NCBI GenBank assembly: GCA_977016875.1
Contig: CDRNST010000226.1
Coordinates: 620,001-684,000 of the forward strand
DNA: 64,000 bases
Reading direction: 5' to 3'
Source of the DNA: Pavona decussata
Lineage: Eukaryota
This document shows positions 63,606 to 64,000 of this stretch, piece by piece. Below the pieces are notes generated by a model, which did not search any database, had not been told where the DNA came from, and saw only the letters and a program-made list of their open reading frames with translations. Position 1 is the first letter of the stretch, and each line of letters starts with the position of its first letter. Made by a program: the position numbers and the translations under genes.

Positions 63606-64000
63606 TGTTATGTCTCAAATTCTTCCAAATAGCCAAAAATCGAGAAAAATCTTCACTACTATTACCTCTCAAAGTCGTCAAAACAGCCTCAAATTCGTCA
63701 AAAGAGCCAAAAATATTGAAAAATAGTCATTCCTGTTATATCTCAAATTCCTCAAAACAGCCAAAAATGGAAAAAATCTTCACTCCTGTTATGTCTCAAA
63801 TTCGTCAAAAGAGCCAAAAATCGAGAAAAATCTTCACTCCTGTTATGTCTCAAATTCTTCAAAATAGCCAAAAATCGAGAAAAACCTTCACTCCTTTTAT
63901 GTCTCAAATTCTTAAAAATAACCAATTATTGAAAAAAAACTATTATTGCTGTAATGTCTCAAGTTGTTAAAAACAGTAAAAAGTCGAGCAAAAAGCTAGC
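63606..64000 (+). repeat. ~54-bp minisatellite running off the window end
   Basis: TCTCAAATTC recurs at 63741, 63794, 63848 and 63902; unit TCTCAAATTCGTCAAAAGAGCCAAAAATCGAGAAAAATCTTCACTCCTGTTATG. Confidence 0.85.

Noticed and set aside
63605-63970. 121-aa ORF with repeated KIFTPVMSQI
   Set aside because: Product of the 54-bp minisatellite.

Overview
AT-rich, intron-containing eukaryotic (animal) genomic DNA. The gene content and repeat landscape suggest a cnidarian, probably a stony coral (inference). Three spliced protein-coding genes were rebuilt by hand from GT-AG junctions with consistent intron phases. (1) A + strand secreted astacin (M12A) zinc metalloprotease with six C-terminal ShKT domains: 16 coding exons including two 12-nt microexons, 1522-12159, ~563 aa. 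(2) A + strand ANKRD55-like ankyrin-repeat protein with a long low-complexity, basic C-terminus, ~18194-38196, ~690 aa. (3) A - strand secreted, very basic five-Kazal-domain protein with a Lys/Arg/Gly tail: 3 exons, 53339-45519, 361 aa. Introns and intergenic DNA contain many non-autonomous DNA transposons (TA, TTA, TTAA and 6-bp target duplications), tRNA-derived SINE fragments, a 5'-truncated RTE-like LINE with a 10-bp TSD, a Penelope-type minimal hammerhead remnant, a dispersed 54-bp minisatellite, and an unusual foldback element filled with a 30-bp palindromic tandem array. There are two assembly gaps. No prokaryotic system or CRISPR array is present. Most ORFs in the supplied track are spurious.
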